In this document: positions 25,521 to 42,522 of the stretch, piece by piece
How the letters are laid out: each line of letters starts with the position of its first letter
Position numbering within the stretch: the first letter of the stretch is position 1
Source: Octopus sinensis
Taxonomy: Eukaryota
DNA length: 64,000 bases
Direction: 5' to 3'
Assembly: GCF_006345805.1 (NCBI RefSeq)
Contig: NC_042998.1
Span: forward strand, 123,442,001 to 123,506,000
Position numbers and translations under genes: made by a program
Notes under the pieces: model-generated
What the model saw: only the letters and a program-made list of their open reading frames with translations
The model's database searches: none
Told to the model about the DNA's origin: nothing

Positions 25521-27079
25521 CTAAATGATTGTTGTTTTGTCTTACTATAACCTAGTGAAAGCGTCATACCTTTTGCAGCAGCATGGTATATTGCATGAGG
25601 TATATAACAAATATACTCCATGAACAACATTATAAAATTTGAAGTCTTACATAGTGAAATAAATTTTATATTCTAAAAGAAAATAATGAATGTCATGTGT
25701 TAAGGGAATCAATGAACATTTACTGGATTTAATTATGGCTGCTACATTATTGAATTTCAGGGTTAAGAATGTCTAATTGAAATTGAAATAATGAATTGCT
25801 ATGTGATTCTTGATAAGATAAAAGTTTTACGATATTGCAGGAAGGACAATATGAAATTTGTTCTTACAAATTAATACAGTAAATATTATCATATTACATA
25901 TAAAGTTAAACTCTAGTATTGAACGAAGCAAAACTTTCCTGTACATGTTAAATAAGACTGAAAAATATAAAAGAAAAGATAAAGAGAGAAGGAATGGTGC
26001 AGCGTACTATCAACAAAGTGTTAGTATTGTTTTATGATGCTACTAGCACTTAAATAATTCCAAAATTTCGATTCCTCCTAATTTCATGTCGCATAAATGA
26101 AATGATTCCCCGCTGTCAGTATTACACTGCTGTGTTTCTTTTTTACTGTTGTGCCCATTACATAGGTCTTTAAGAATTAGAATCGAAATTACACAATTTT
26201 ATGAGAGTATTAAACAAAATGCATAATTATTTGTATGACGGAGTGGCATATGCATATAACTAGTCATTACTTAATACGATAAACCATGACGTGACTCCTG
26301 TCATCTCAAATAATTCTGGGGCTATAACACCCTGGAAGAATATGTAGTTGATACAGTTTATGAATTATTGAACAAAAACTACCCAGGACTACGGCTACCT
26401 TGTCATCTAGTCTGGATATGAACTCGGTTGGATGTTTTTAAAATTGAAAATACCGTTAAATTCGTATCTATTATATCATACTCAATGGAATAAGGGTGAG
26501 CGACAACGATGCAGATAAAACACTCTCTTGATTTAACAAAGTGTATATAAGGGCGTCTACACAATTCTCGATGTTTCAAGTATTAATGATGGAGGAAGTA
26601 TGAAATAATATGAGGTCCACACTTCAATTGGGAATCTCTCTTAATTTCCTCTATCTATATGCAGTCTTATCAATTTCAGGTCCTGTATGTCTTTCACTGA
26701 GCTTTTATTGAAAGGTTCCGCTCTGTCGCTACATCATTGCTTTGTGTTATGTAAGATAGCAATTCTTTCCTTCCTTTTTGCAAGCCCAATTTTCGACGTC
26801 CCTTCAGTTATTTGCTGTTACGAATGAAGTTGTAAAACTTTTCGGTGTTGTTGTTATTCTGATTGTTGTTGCATTTGTGTATTTGTCTCTTAAGTTTTCT
26901 CGTGTTTTGTTGATTTCCTTTTAAATTTTCCAGTTTTTGGCTCCCCCATACCCTTATCATTATTAAATGAATGTACAGTTAATATCTAAACACTAACAAT
27001 ATCCAAAATAACCGATAGAGGAGAATCAGTACCACCAACAAAAACTACTGGGCGCGGTAGTTTTTTGAGGTCACCTCTA

Positions 27080-28060
27080 TGAAGAGGTCTAAATATCTTC
27101 TAAATTATTTTTCTTACTTTACTTTCCAGACAGGAAATGCCAGACATCAGATTGTCTCAGCAAATGAAAAGGCTGGCGGTAATCATCTCCTTAAAAATGC
27201 AGCATGGTGATACAGAGATAACTTGCTTTCTGAAAGTTGCCCGATTCTTCGTTTTCAAAGTTCGAAAGGAGTTGGGAGATGCAGATGCGAATTCAAATCA
27301 GCAGCTAGACGCAAAGCGCATACGCAGGATGCTAATGCCATCAGAACACCTAAGTTTTCAGAATGCACCATTACAAAGTCAATCAGACTTCAAGTTTTCA
27401 GAATGCACCATTACAAGATCTGTGCTCAAAGACATCAGTTACAAGTCGTATATGTTGCAAAGGGATCAGTTTATGTTAGATGTGACGGAGAAGAATTGTT
27501 CTATCCGTGCAAAGCTCTTGCTAAATAAAAGTTAAAACTAGAGAGGATGCAATGATGTAGCTTTTTTAATGAGAAAACCTTAAATGAGGACCTAAAGGTA
27601 AACCAAAGGGATGCCAAATGGTTATGCATATATCCGAATGAGGTTGCAACGGCCATGCATACTAAGTTTCCAGCAAATGTGATTGTTCTGGGAGTAGTCA
27701 ACAACGAGGTAGAAGTCATACCTCCTCATTTACTTTTCACAAGGCTTAATAGCAAATATCGCTGTCTGCACAAGAATTCGAGTAGGCTGTGAGACTCTTG
27801 TTTAGACAGAATACGCAACGAAAGACTGTAAGTCTTCTATAAGGAATTTCACCCGTCTCATAAGGATAGAAAACCCAAGCTTGGATGCGTACCAGATTCT
27901 GTGATCATGTTCTCCCAGAGATGTGGTCTCCTAGCTCACCAAACCTTGAGTCATTAGACTGTGAGGCGTAGACGGGAGACGTCAATCGACAACCCTATAA
28001 CATAATGCAATCTCTTAAAACAACTAAAGAAAACCTCTCAAATTACTCTTAGCCCCCAAC
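27080..28060 (+). mobile_element. maT / DD37D-type Tc1/mariner transposon remnant
   Basis: MKRLAVIISLK..EITCFLKVARFFVFKVRKEL; QKVN..D.KWLC..P.EV...MHTKFPANVIVLGVVNNE; WSPSSPNL. Degraded by stops and frameshifts. Confidence 0.8.
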
Positions 28061-29739
28061 GCAGACAGAAAAACACAGATGCACATGAATGCCTACCTTT
28101 CTCCTTAGTTACTACAGATATCCCTGAATAAATTGCTTTGTCGAGTGACGAAATCGAAGTGAGAATAAAAAGAAAATTTGACAAGGAAAAGGATTGAACG
28201 ACGCAAAACCATCATAAGGTGAGAACTAACTGATCCAAAGGCGATCGACATGTCTCCATGAGCAAAACACAGCTAATTCTTAACCGCAATAAAATTTGAT
28301 TAAACAACAGCTCAAACAACAACTGAAAGCAGATATTTCATACTCTACCACAACCATAATAAAAATGATGATGATCAATAAGCACACCTTGTCGCAATAT
28401 TAAGGACAGCAAAAGTAAGGCGGCATCCAAATAAACTTCAGCTCTACAGGAAAGTGCAGCTGTTACAAAAAATATAAACAAAAAGAAAGAGAAGGAAAAT
28501 CTTATTAATATAGCTTCCTGGGGAATATTTAAAATGCAGAAAAATCTCTAAGGCTAAAAATATGCCTTAACTGTAAAGTGTATTACCAGAATTTGCACTC
28601 ATTACGAAATGTACTCTTATTATGGTAATATAGAAAACACGAAAACAAGAGCAAAACAGTGCACGTGTACCAGTTGGATAGAATAACGCTCAGTAGTGCA
28701 GAGAAAATACATAATAAACTTAAAACAAATTCTAAATATTAATAAAGATTTCTCACAGAGATGCAGGGCTACAAAATTGGAAAGAAGGAAGTGGGTTATA
28801 TGGGCACCAGTCCTTGACTGATACACACATTTTCAATACAAGAAGAAAGGAGAGCTATGATGGCGAAATTTGAAAGTATAATATACAGTGACGCAACTAC
28901 ATACCATAAATCTTTTACCAATGATCTAGAAAGAACCATTATCATTATGAATACATTAGATTGAGTAATTGTTTACATAATCGTAGTGCATTTTGTTTGT
29001 TACTGTTTTTGGTTTAGTACATGTTTAATAAATTCAGCAATAAATTCAATGTTCAAATTCATTTAGTAACTGAATATGCATCTGATACAAGACAATAACA
29101 ATAAAACTTTGAAATATATTCGTGACGATGCAGATTTTATAGTTTATAATCGAAAGCTGTTATGTTTGTTTTATTTTAGTCTATTTATGGCTACTAAAGT
29201 GCCTATATTTTGGTATTGTGAAAGGATTACGTATTTGCAACTCTGCTCTCGTTTTAAATAATTATGTGTATATAATTTAGTAAAAATTCAGACATTGGAT
29301 GTGCTAGACGAGAAGGTAACGAGAGTTGCCTTAACGATCGTCGACAACTGGGATCTATGTAATCTTCAAAATTTATAATTTATATGCTAAACACAATTTC
29401 ACAACAGTTATCCTACATGTGTCAATATGCATTTTGTATTCAATTGAATATAAACATCATCATTATAATTAATCACACAAATGATATAAAGCTGAATTCC
29501 TAGTAAGCCTTGTTCGATTAAAGTTTTAAATGACATATGCTACTCTATGTCAAATATTTGTGAATAATGTGAGAGAGGTTTCCACATATAATTTCAATAA
29601 GTATGCATCGATTTTTTTTTATGTCTGAAGCTTTGAAAATTAGTGTTGAATTAAAACGGTGTAAATTAGTCGATGAAGCTTTGGTACACACTGCACAGTG
29701 TATAAACTTCTGTATGTTACTATTTAATGAAAGTGGCTA

Positions 29740-32250
<2,511 letters not shown>

Positions 32251-32714
32251 TAACTCTCAGTTTGGCCAGAACAATTAAGAGCTGAACTGCATTTAAAAGA
32301 CATATTTATGAAACACAAAATGTATGGTAAAAACTGTATTATAAAAAAATATTATTAAACCATCCCTGGAAATATTAACCCTTTCATATATGTTGAAATG
32401 GCAATCGTAGAAAAGGGGTATAGAAATCCGAGGCGTCATCCAAAGGTAAGCTTAATCATTAAAAAACAAATACATTGCCAGCTGCATTTAAAGAAATGAA
32501 AATGGAATTAAAGAAAATTAAAAACAATGCAAACATTTAGATTACATTTTTATATTTAGATTACATTTTTATATACGACATTTATCTTGAAAAAATAAAG
32601 TGACAGTGGAAAACTATTTTTTCTACAAGCGAATGAAAACATGAGTAAAGTCTACTAATAAATAAATAAATCCATATATCTATATACATATTCATATACA
32701 CAGACTCATAGATA

Positions 32715-32798
32715 CATACATGCATACACACACACACGCGCGCGCACACACACGCACACACGCACACACACACACACACATACACATACACACACACA

Positions 32799-32866
<68 letters not shown>
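32715..32866. repeat. (CA)n/(TA)n compound microsatellite
   Basis: Directly visible. Confidence 0.95.
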
Positions 32867-33035
32867 GGTGGTAATAACACAGAAGTAAATCTAAGACATT
32901 TTAATGTCAGAGGGAATTTACTAAATAATTATATAAAGAAAATATTGCTGGTTTCTATGTATATCGGCTTATCAAATAACAGCAAAAATTGAAATAAAAA
33001 CAGTTTGTCTACTGACTGAGGGTCAAGACCATGTC

Positions 33036-33074
<39 letters not shown>

Positions 33075-33921
33075 TGATATACAACCATACGTACATACAC
33101 ACACACACACACACACATTCACACGTGTTTGTGCGTGTAGTCTTTTTTAAGTGTTATGTTAATGGAGACTATAAAACTTTTACCTTTCTCAACTTTTTGA
33201 GAAATTTCACGCCTTAAAATTTTCAAGCAGTAATTGCTGTTTTGATGCTTGTTCTCAGTTAAACATAAAATGAAAATACTTAAGATCAATTTCCTTCCAG
33301 CCATGACTATCCAATGAAAATACCTAAGATCAATGTTTTTCCAGTCACGACTATGCAGTATTTATAAGTTTAGTCATGTCTATATTACCTAATGTATTCT
33401 AACATATTGTCTGAGAGAAGGGTGAATAATCAAAGGAAATCAACTATTTTAGCAGATTTATCCTTAATATACGCACCATGGGGTGGTGTGCAATAATCAT
33501 GTAAAATCGCTAAGTTTGAAGATGGTATCATTATTGATCTATAGCTCAACAATTCTCCAAGAAACAGAAATTATTTTTACTTCGTTACAAGGTTCAGATA
33601 TACGTGACTTGAATGTATTAGTGTTTGTGTTTTGTTAGTGATGGAGCTTCGGTTATATTCTGGAACCCTCTGTCAAATGTTGTTATACCAAAACAAAAAC
33701 CTCTTATTTCGTTTGGCTTTGTATTGAGTAATGTAGTGTGTTACAATGACTCTTTGTTGGAAATGTAGGGGCAACCAGTTAGAAAAAATCTTCGATACAT
33801 GTCTCTTTACTTTTGTAGTTACGAATTGTACTACTAGTAAGTTTGCACACAAATTTCTAAACTGTTATCTGAAGTTTGGTCAATGGTGGTGGTGGTGACT
33901 GTCGTCGTCGTCGTCGTCGTC

Positions 33922-33975
<54 letters not shown>

Positions 33976-34339
33976 AGGTGAAGAATAATGATAATTTAAG
34001 GCTTACTGTTTTAAGAGTGTTTTATGTAACGAACTTATTTCGTCTTTATTCATTACTAAACACGTCATTGTTCCAGTGACAAAAAAACATTCAAGTGCGT
34101 GTGAAATAATTAATATTTCGAAGCAGACACTGTAATTGGGGTCATGTGAAAAATAATGGCGTTGAAACAAGATTATAACTGGAATTGCAAATATTCAGTC
34201 AATATAGAACATTCATCTTGTACTGAATAGTGGTACGCTCCCTCGATATGGACTACAATAAACCAGGCAAAATTTTATCTCATATGTGAAGTAAAATTGT
34301 GGACAGAATGCCTCTAAATTGCCATTAATATAAAGAGCT

Positions 34340-34987
34340 AGAATACGACAGAATAGAATAAGAACAAAAACAACAGCATCAAGTAAAATAGCAACGATAA
34401 CAAGAAGAAAACGACATGATGATGAAGATGATGATGGTAAAGCGGAGGAAGATAAGAGGAAAAAGCAGAAGAAAAGAAGGAGAAAAGAATATGAAAGAAA
34501 GAAAAATAGTAGTAGATGATGATGATGATAATGATGATGACGAAGAGGAAGGGGAAGATGATAATGATGATGATGATGAAGATAAGAAGAAGGAAGAGAA
34601 CAAGAAGATGATGATGAGGAGGAGGAGGGAGACGAAGAAGAAGAAGATGATAAAGATGAAAAAGAGAAGATAATGATGATGTGGAGGAAGAAACGAAGAA
34701 GAATAAGATGATGTTGGTGACGATGATGATGATGAGCAAGAGGTGTAGGAGGAAGAGACGAACAAGAAGGTGATGACGATGATGAAGTAGAGGAGGAGGG
34801 TGAGGAGGAGGAAGAAGATGATGACGATGATGATGATGAAGAGGATGAGTGTGATGAGCAGGAGGATGAAGAAGAAGAAGAAGAAGAAGAAGAAGAAGAA
34901 GAAGAAGAAGAAGAAGAAGAAGAAGAAGAAGAAGAAGAAGAAGAAGAAGAAGAAGAAGAAGAAGAAGAAGAAGAAGAAGAAGAAGAA
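34340..34987 (+). repeat. Purine-rich compound triplet tract (GAT/GAG/GAA) ending in ~40 pure GAA units (34868-34987)
   Basis: Directly visible. It explains the poly-K/L/F ORFs at 34338-35027. Confidence 0.95.
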
Positions 34988-35700
34988 TACCATTCATAAA
35001 AAGGAAAACGGGACCATGCATAAATGATCTTTCTGTTTATGGATGACCTGAAGCTGTTTGAGAAATCTGAAAATCAGATAGAATCTTTGGTTAAATGAGT
35101 GCAGATATATACCAGCGACATTGGTGTGGAATTACAGACTTCTGTTCTGAATATGAGAAGAATGAAAGTTGCCTGAAGTGGATTACGCTTGCCATAGGGA
35201 GAAAACATGAGTGAACCAGATAATAGTGGATAGGATTGTTTGGGGATTTTAGAACTGGATGATATTTTACATGCAGTAATGAAAGAAAGGATTGAAGTGA
35301 CATATTTAAAAAAGTAAATATTATTTTAGAATTCAACCTGAATGCGAAGAATCTAGTTACTGCAATGAATATCTGGACAGTTCCATTGGTTAGATACAGT
35401 GCATTTATTCTCGGGTGGACTGAGGAAGAAATATCAGTATTTGACAAGAAATGACATTCTATGGAGCATGTTTACCCTAAAGTAACATAATCAGATTGTA
35501 CATGAAAAGGAAGACTAGTAGAAGTCTCATCAATGCGTATTACTGTATAAGAAGTGAAAGGAGAACGCTTGCCGAGTATTTGGTAAACGATGACGAAGAG
35601 TTGCTGTAATATGCAGTAGGAAATATGGATATAAATACAGATGGAAGACGAAAACAAAGACGAAAACAAAGTCCATCCATACGAGTCTTTCTTTATTTCC
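34988..35700 (+). mobile_element. R4/Dong-like LINE RT fragment starting directly at the (GAA)n tract
   Basis: FMDDLKLFEKSENQIESLV; LNAKNLVTAMNIWTVPLVRYS..LGWTEEE. Confidence 0.75.
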
Positions 35701-37810
35701 TGTGATGCTAAACACTGAATTTTGTGACTCGTGTAGGATTATCAGTTTCAACGACGGTAGACAGAACTCTTGGAAGTTTTGGCTGACAACCTGTCTAGTG
35801 ATGGTGGAACGACATACGCACCATTTAGTGGCAACCTTAAAATGCACATCTCATTCATGAGAAAAAAATCTCTAAATTCAAACGTAGTCGTAATGATGTC
35901 ATCGAAGCTGAAGCCTTTAGAAGTTGCAACAACGCAGGTGAGGTGGTAATCAAGCCATTGGTGACTCACAAAGTTGATAAATATGGACAAAAGAGAAAAA
36001 CGAGTTCTTTGAATGTTGCATTAGGAGTCAGAGAATCCAGTCTCCAGAGCAAAATGTAAAGAGCTATGGAAAAATATTACCAACGTTATGACCTAAAGAA
36101 TGTGAGTGAACAAAGGTTGGCTGACCAGATCACACACCTTAAAATGAAGAAGTGGTTACACAATATTGAACAAGAGGAAACTACCATGGCAGTGTGACGG
36201 AAACTGCAGGAGATACAGTTCCAGAAAAACACCCGTTAAATAAGTCAATTAACAGAGCTTGGACATTGAAGGAGGAATTGTACTAGCTACAGAAGACGCT
36301 AGTGTACCTCAAACTGGAGGGCTACCGGTAGAAAAGTAGCCCAGAACTAACTATTCACCACGACAGCATTCTGGCGGCAATGTTCCTTCAAGAAGAGAAA
36401 AGATTGCTACCATTTAGATCATGTGAGAGACCAAACCTAAGATCAGAACTCCTCGGAAAAGCAAATGAAGTTGTTAAAGTTCCAATTACGGACTGCGTGA
36501 AAGTTAATTCTTTGATGTACATCAATGCTTTTAGATACAAGAAAGAGAAAAGAAGCAAAAGTCATTCAGGAAAAGGAGAATAATGAGAAGTATTGATTGA
36601 GGTTGGAAGGATAAATGTAAGATCGAGAAAGTAAAGAGAGAAAATATGATGTTCTGTCAAAGTTAAAAGAACCACAATGATAAGACATATCATCCAGAGG
36701 AAAATGACACTTTGTGTCCTTCGCCTTTCTCAAAACAAACGATCAAAGTGGGTTGAAGATACGAGGGAAGTTGTTTACAATTCAAACAAATAAGATACTG
36801 TTCTACGAGTCCTGGATGGTGGAATTAGAGAAGAAATCAAAGTTACTTGATCCCACCGAAGCAATTTCGCTTTGCAGCAAAATCTGGCTAGAAGGCAAAT
36901 ACAACAAGAAGACACCCTGGGTACAAATAGTGGAATAATAATTCAGTGACATGGAGGCACAAAACTATATTACCATCTCGTTGGAGGATATTGAAGCAGG
37001 AATTAATAAGATGAGGAACTCGAACGCACTTGATCCGGAACTAGCGTTTTTTTTTAAGCGACTGACGAAGTTGCATGCCAAGCTACAAGAGCTCCTGCAA
37101 AGCTGTGTACTCCAAAGAATTGTACTAGGATAGTTGGCCAAGGAACAACTGTGCTGATCCTGCAAAACCCAGCCAAGTGTATCGAGGCGAGTAACTACCA
37201 TCCCATTTCTTGCTTACCTTTGATGTAGAAGCTTCTAGTTGAAATAATAGGAAAAGAACTGTACAACCACATTAAAGAGAACATGCAGAGCTAGCAGATG
37301 AAGAAAAGGGCTGCAGGTACGGCTCACGAGGAACGAAGTACCAGTTACTGATAGATAAAGCAATTTAGAGGAACTGTCAGAGAATGTTCACAAGCGTATC
37401 TGGCTTAGATTGAATGTAAGAAATCATACACTATGGTTGTCACTCGTGGTCTGTAAATTGCCTGGAAATGGTGAGTGCAGCTAGAAATATGTCATATTAT
37501 ATCAATAGTGAGGAACTCTAAGACAATTTTCACAGCAGGTGGAAAGGAAATTGAAAAAGTCAACAAGAACGCAATCTTGCTACTTCTGCTGTTTATTGTT
37601 TTCGTGTTAACACTCTCCCTGGTTTTGAAGATAAGTGCTGGTTACAAACCGCAAACGATCACGTGACCAGTTAAACCGCTTGCTGTTTTTGGACGATTTC
37701 ATACTTTATGAAAGTAGTAGAGTTCAACTGGACTCCCTTATTCAAGGCGTACGAATTGTCTCATGATATTCAGATTGCATTTGTCCCAGATAAATGTGCT
37801 GTTCTCGAAA
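35700..37810 (+). mobile_element. R4/Dong-like LINE, 5' half (N-terminal region + RT start), degraded
   Basis: NVSEQRLADQI (R4 N-terminal motif), LEDIEAGINKMRN, SNYHPISCLPLM*KLL, GTKYQLLIDKAI, FLDDFILY..DKCAVL. Confidence 0.78.
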
Positions 37811-38867
37811 TACAGTTTATTCTTCGTTCTTCTCATCGTCATCATCAGTGTTCTTTTGCAAAGGGAATACATGATTAATTTCGGGTGTGTGATTTCCCGC
37901 CATTTTAATGTTCACTTCTGTCGGAGTCTTACATTTTTCTTCAAGCGAACTTCTAATCTTTTTGCGTTTACTGACCAAATTCTTTATAGCTGTAACCACC
38001 CATCAACACATACTCTTGCAATATCCTGGCCAAAGGTTTGAGGATTAGACAATTTCCGCCACCAATTTTGAAATATGATTTCAGGTATTGTTGGTAAAGT
38101 GCACACCGGATTCCCGAGTCGATATTTTTTTGTTTCAATTTCACTGGTACTATTTCTGGGCCATGTTCTAGAATGTATGTTCGTGGTTTTGTGGGGATAA
38201 AAATGATGTGCAAATCCGTAGTAACCTCTACACATCATGTAATTCTTCGTCACTTCGGTTCTCACAACCTACACACGTTCCAAGATAGAGACATTAACGT
38301 GCGAGAGTTAAATCTCATATCCCAAGCCTGTTTCACTTTTGCTGTTTTGAGCAACGTATTATATAGAGCAACTGTATAGATGGATGTAAATATTGGCATA
38401 TCAGTCTGACATTAGCTTCCTTCTCACTCCTTAAATTTTGGCAGATATTTATTTGAACACGTGCAATAAGCTACGCACCCCCCCTTTCATTTTCTAGGGA
38501 TAATTTTTAGACAAGACACATTTTTATACATTTGATATACAGGCGGTTGACGGAGAAACAGCAATGTACATATGTAGAGAGGAGCTGTAGAGATATAGTT
38601 GAATAAGGGATGAACATTTTACTCATAGTTTATCAGACTTGGTATAGAGGTATTGCAGTCCACGTGTTTACATTCTGACGCACGTTTTGTTGTGGCAGTG
38701 CATCTGAGGGAAGCTACGTATATATTCCAAGATGGCTTCCATTAAAAATGGGTTGTATAAACTTTATAATCATTATTGATGTATAAGCGACTGACGAGGA
38801 ACAGCAATGTGTACATGTGTAGAGGATGTGTAGAGATATGTATGCATATGTAATTATTACTATTATT

Positions 38868-40190
38868 ATTATACTTTTGCTTTGTGTTTGTACAAGTCGA
38901 CTCCAAGTCTTACCCAGAGACCTCAAGAGACAACAAGTTAGACGTTCAAGTTGGTGCTATGCCTAGGGTGCCATATATTTGGTTTTGTATATCGTATTGT
39001 CCTAGAGAATGTTTAAGAAAACATGAGAAAATTATAAATTTGTTTTAATATTTTAGATTACATAGACAATATTTTACGTAGGATATGGTCAGTTCCCATG
39101 AGTACTATCTTTTGAATTCCTACCATTTTAGGGTTTCCTGTTGTCTGACCTAGGTAGGAATCAGTCCCTTTTGCTATTATTCCGAGGCACGTATGACGAG
39201 AGGTATTGTTTTTGTCTTGAGGTTCTACATTTTGCCAATTTCCATTTCAAGATCTTTATACTGGCTCAGTTTTTGGTAGGACTTGACAGATAGATTTATG
39301 TCGATTTGGACAGTCATATCAATGAGGAGACATAATATAATGTCTGGCTTATTCGTATCTATCTTTCTATCAGTTTGAACGGTGAAGTTCCAGATGAGTG
39401 AGATGCGTTCATTTTCATGTACTGGGGATGGTTTGTGTTCCCACCATTTTTTATCATGGGGCAGGTCCAGGGTTTTGCAAATTATCCAGTGAATATACTG
39501 TGCTGTTCTATCATACCTGTTGAGAAACTCTGTAGGAGCAAGAAACTACACATGGAGAAAACATGATCAACGGTTTCATTTTGTTGTTTACATACACATG
39601 TTGGGCTACTGCCGTTCTTTAATATGTTGGCCTAGTAGCTCCTTGTAGGTAGGCATTGATCTCTGGCTCTTATGATAACCCCAACTGCTTCTGATTTTAA
39701 ACGAAAAGACACTAACCATTCATGGGTAAGGGCTTTGTCAACATCAGCATTATTAGCTCTCTTTGGGTACTTGCCACAGAAAGGTTTTTCTTGCCATTTA
39801 TAAGGCAGCAGTTTTATCACGGGTTTTCATACGCTTAGCTTTTTTCTGTGCTTGTTTCCAGTACGTCTAATTCTGGGATTTACTATATTTCGAATTTAAT
39901 TAGATATTCCTTTGCCTGTTTTGGTATTGAGCATGATACTTTCTTGATTTCATGCTTTAAGACAAGTTTTAACATCCAGTCATCATAGCTTTCAGGTAGG
40001 TGTTTAGGCCAATTGTGGCAATCTTCATTGTTCATTCCAGTTGTAAATGTCCACGGCCACCCTCTTTTCTTGGCAGGTAAAGTCGTTCTATATCTGCCTT
40101 AGTGTGGTGCAATCTCTGCATTGTTAACAGTTTTCGCATTTTGCTGTCGAAAATACATATTTCAGTAATGTGGATATATTCCTTCTTGGC
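38868..40190 (-). mobile_element. R4/Dong-like LINE 3' half with TAA-type tail
   Basis: RLYLPRKEGGRG, WQEKP..GKYP..LKSE..G.II.ARDQ.L.TRSY, and a REL region (KPDII). Ends in tattactattattatta on the plus strand at ~38850. Confidence 0.8.
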
Positions 40191-40199
40191 CATCACCCT

Positions 40200-41290
40200 A
40201 TATAATTCAGATACTTGTGCTTTTTTTCATTGCGTGTTTTAGCTATTTCTCATGGAGAGGATTTGCTCATGTGCTGCAATTAAAAATCCTCCAGTCACTG
40301 CTCTGGTCTCTGAGCTTCTCGGCCTTTGTTGGGATTTTACTTTATCTACTTCTTTTCTGTGTAGCATATCCCAATATTTGTCATGTAAGGGCCTTTCTTG
40401 CCATCGCTTTATCATGATGCATTGTTGTGCCAGTTTTAGTTTGGATCTCATTTGTTTTCAGCTCTTGTTTCATATTTTTCTTCGGGTATTATGACGTCTT
40501 CCTTGTAGTTTTTGGCTCCCTTAAAAGCAGGAAACAGCTTTTGGTTTTGCTCGTGTTTTGTGGTTATTTGTACCAGTTTTACTTGCTTCTGAATTAGTAA
40601 TTTCTGCAATCTTATGGCCGTTATTTTATAATATATTTCTAGTTGTATGAGCACTCTACCACCTTCAATTCGTTGTATATATTACCTTTATATGTCAGAT
40701 TTTGTGTGGTACATCCTAAATTGGATTATCATGTTTTTTTGTCTTCCTGCCTAGTTTGATTAGTTCATTTAGAGCCCAGTTAAAAGCATTGTAGCTGTAA
40801 CTTATAACTGGGACGGCTAGAATGTTGATACCCATCATCTTGTATCTCGCATTTAGTTATGTTTTAACTATTAATTTAATTCGTTTATAGTATTCCTTTC
40901 TCATCTTCTCTTTCCTTTGCGTGTGCTGTACCGTATCTAGTTCATTGATTCCTAAGTATCTGTATGTCTGGATGTGATCTAATTCTCTTATTTCATTTGC
41001 ATTATCTAATCTGATATTATTACTCTTAACTAGTTTTCCTCTTTTCAAGGTTCCGTTGGCACGTTTCTCTAAGCCGAGTTTCTTGTTTATTTATTTGGTA
41101 AATTAATGCACTCTCTGTAGCAATATTTCCAGCTGTTTGTCATCAGTAGTATATGGTTTTAAATCACTGATATACAAGTGAAGGCTGATTGTATTACCAT
41201 AGCAGTTGTATCCACATCCAGATCTCTTTAGCATATTCTTTAAATGTGTCAGTGCTAAGCAGAATATGAGTGTAGAGAGGGCGTGTCTCC
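40200..41290 (-). mobile_element. R4/Dong-like LINE fragment (RT domain to pre-zinc-knuckle), separate copy
   Basis: ALSTLIFCLAL..LHLYISDLKPY..YRYLGI..EYYKRIKLI..WQERPLHDKY. It duplicates the domain range of the adjacent copy. Confidence 0.8.
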
Positions 41291-41349
41291 TTGAAATTTT
41301 TCTCTTATAACAATAATAATAATAATAATAATAATGATGATGATGATGA

Positions 41350-42460
41350 TATGGTTGAAAAACGTGAAAGACCGAAAACACTTCACTCTATTCTGAAACA
41401 GAGCAAAAATATCGCTACTGATCTCTTAGATAACTACCAGATTGATCAGGTTGTAAGAAGTGCGCCAACCGCTGCTGCGAAGAAAATAAAATTAATTGCA
41501 AAGAGAAAAGCACATGAAAAATTAGCTAGCAGATGGGAATAGAAACCTCTGCATGGCAAGTATGTGGCCTGTAGCAATCAAGCTGATGTCGACCTGAAAC
41601 ACACGCACCAATGGTTACGAAACTCAGGGCTAAAAGCAGAGAGTGAAGGTTCCATATTAGCTGTTCAAGACCAAAGCTTATTAACCCGGAACTACCGAGC
41701 AAAAGTGATAAAAAATTGAGCTGACCCAAAATGCCGATTCTGTAACGATGAGATTGAAATTATAGACCACCTAATCTCAGGTTGTAGATTCTTAACACAT
41801 GTAGAATATAAAGCAAGGCATGACAGAGTCGGCCAGTATTTACACTGGACAGTATGACGGCATTATAAAATCAAAATCGCAGACAAATGGTATAAACACT
41901 ATCCTGAAGCTGTGATAGAGGGAAAAAATGTGTCGATTCCCTGGGTCTTCCCCGTGCATACCGTCAAAACTATAAAAGCTAATAAGCCGGATATTATTAT
42001 AAAAGATCAGACAAAAAAGGTGTGTTTATTAATTGACATGGGTATTCCTTGCGATCACAATATAGCGGCATCAGAATTTGACAAGATCTGTAAATATAAA
42101 TACACGCTAATAGAAATTGAAAAAGTGTGGCATCTGAAGGCGACTACAGTACCAGTGATTGTAGGATCTCTAGGAATGATTTTAAAAAATTGTGTAACCT
42201 ATTTGAAAATGATACCAGGCTTAATATCCCTACTGGAAGTGCAAAAATCGTGTTAACGGGAATGACTCATGTACTGAGAAGTGCATTATCGCTGTGAAAA
42301 CAACATCCATTCATGAATTTATTTATTATTTTTTTTAAATAAATATTTTAGCTGTGAATTTTCGTGTGTAATCTGGTAATACATACAATGAGCTTCTCTT
42401 CCCTAGGTGTACGTAAAACACTCGGCGAGAAATGGAAGAAAATTTGAAGAAAGAAGGATG
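41350..42460 (+). mobile_element. R4/Dong-like LINE 3' portion (CCHC knuckle + REL) embedded in (TAA)n
   Basis: LHGKY..LKAESEG.ILAVQDQ.L.TRNY; CRFCN..EIIDHLISGC (CCHC); RHDRV; NKPDIIIKD..CLLID..IP.D (REL). TAA repeats on both sides (41305-41350 and 42460-42520). Confidence 0.88.
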
Positions 42461-42475
42461 ATAATAATAATAATA

Positions 42476-42522
<47 letters not shown>

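Noticed and set aside
40200-42460. Single LINE insertion with a twin-primed 5' inversion
   Set aside because: The two oppositely oriented pieces overlap in domain range (both contain the W.EKPLHGKY region) and differ in sequence, so they are separate copies.
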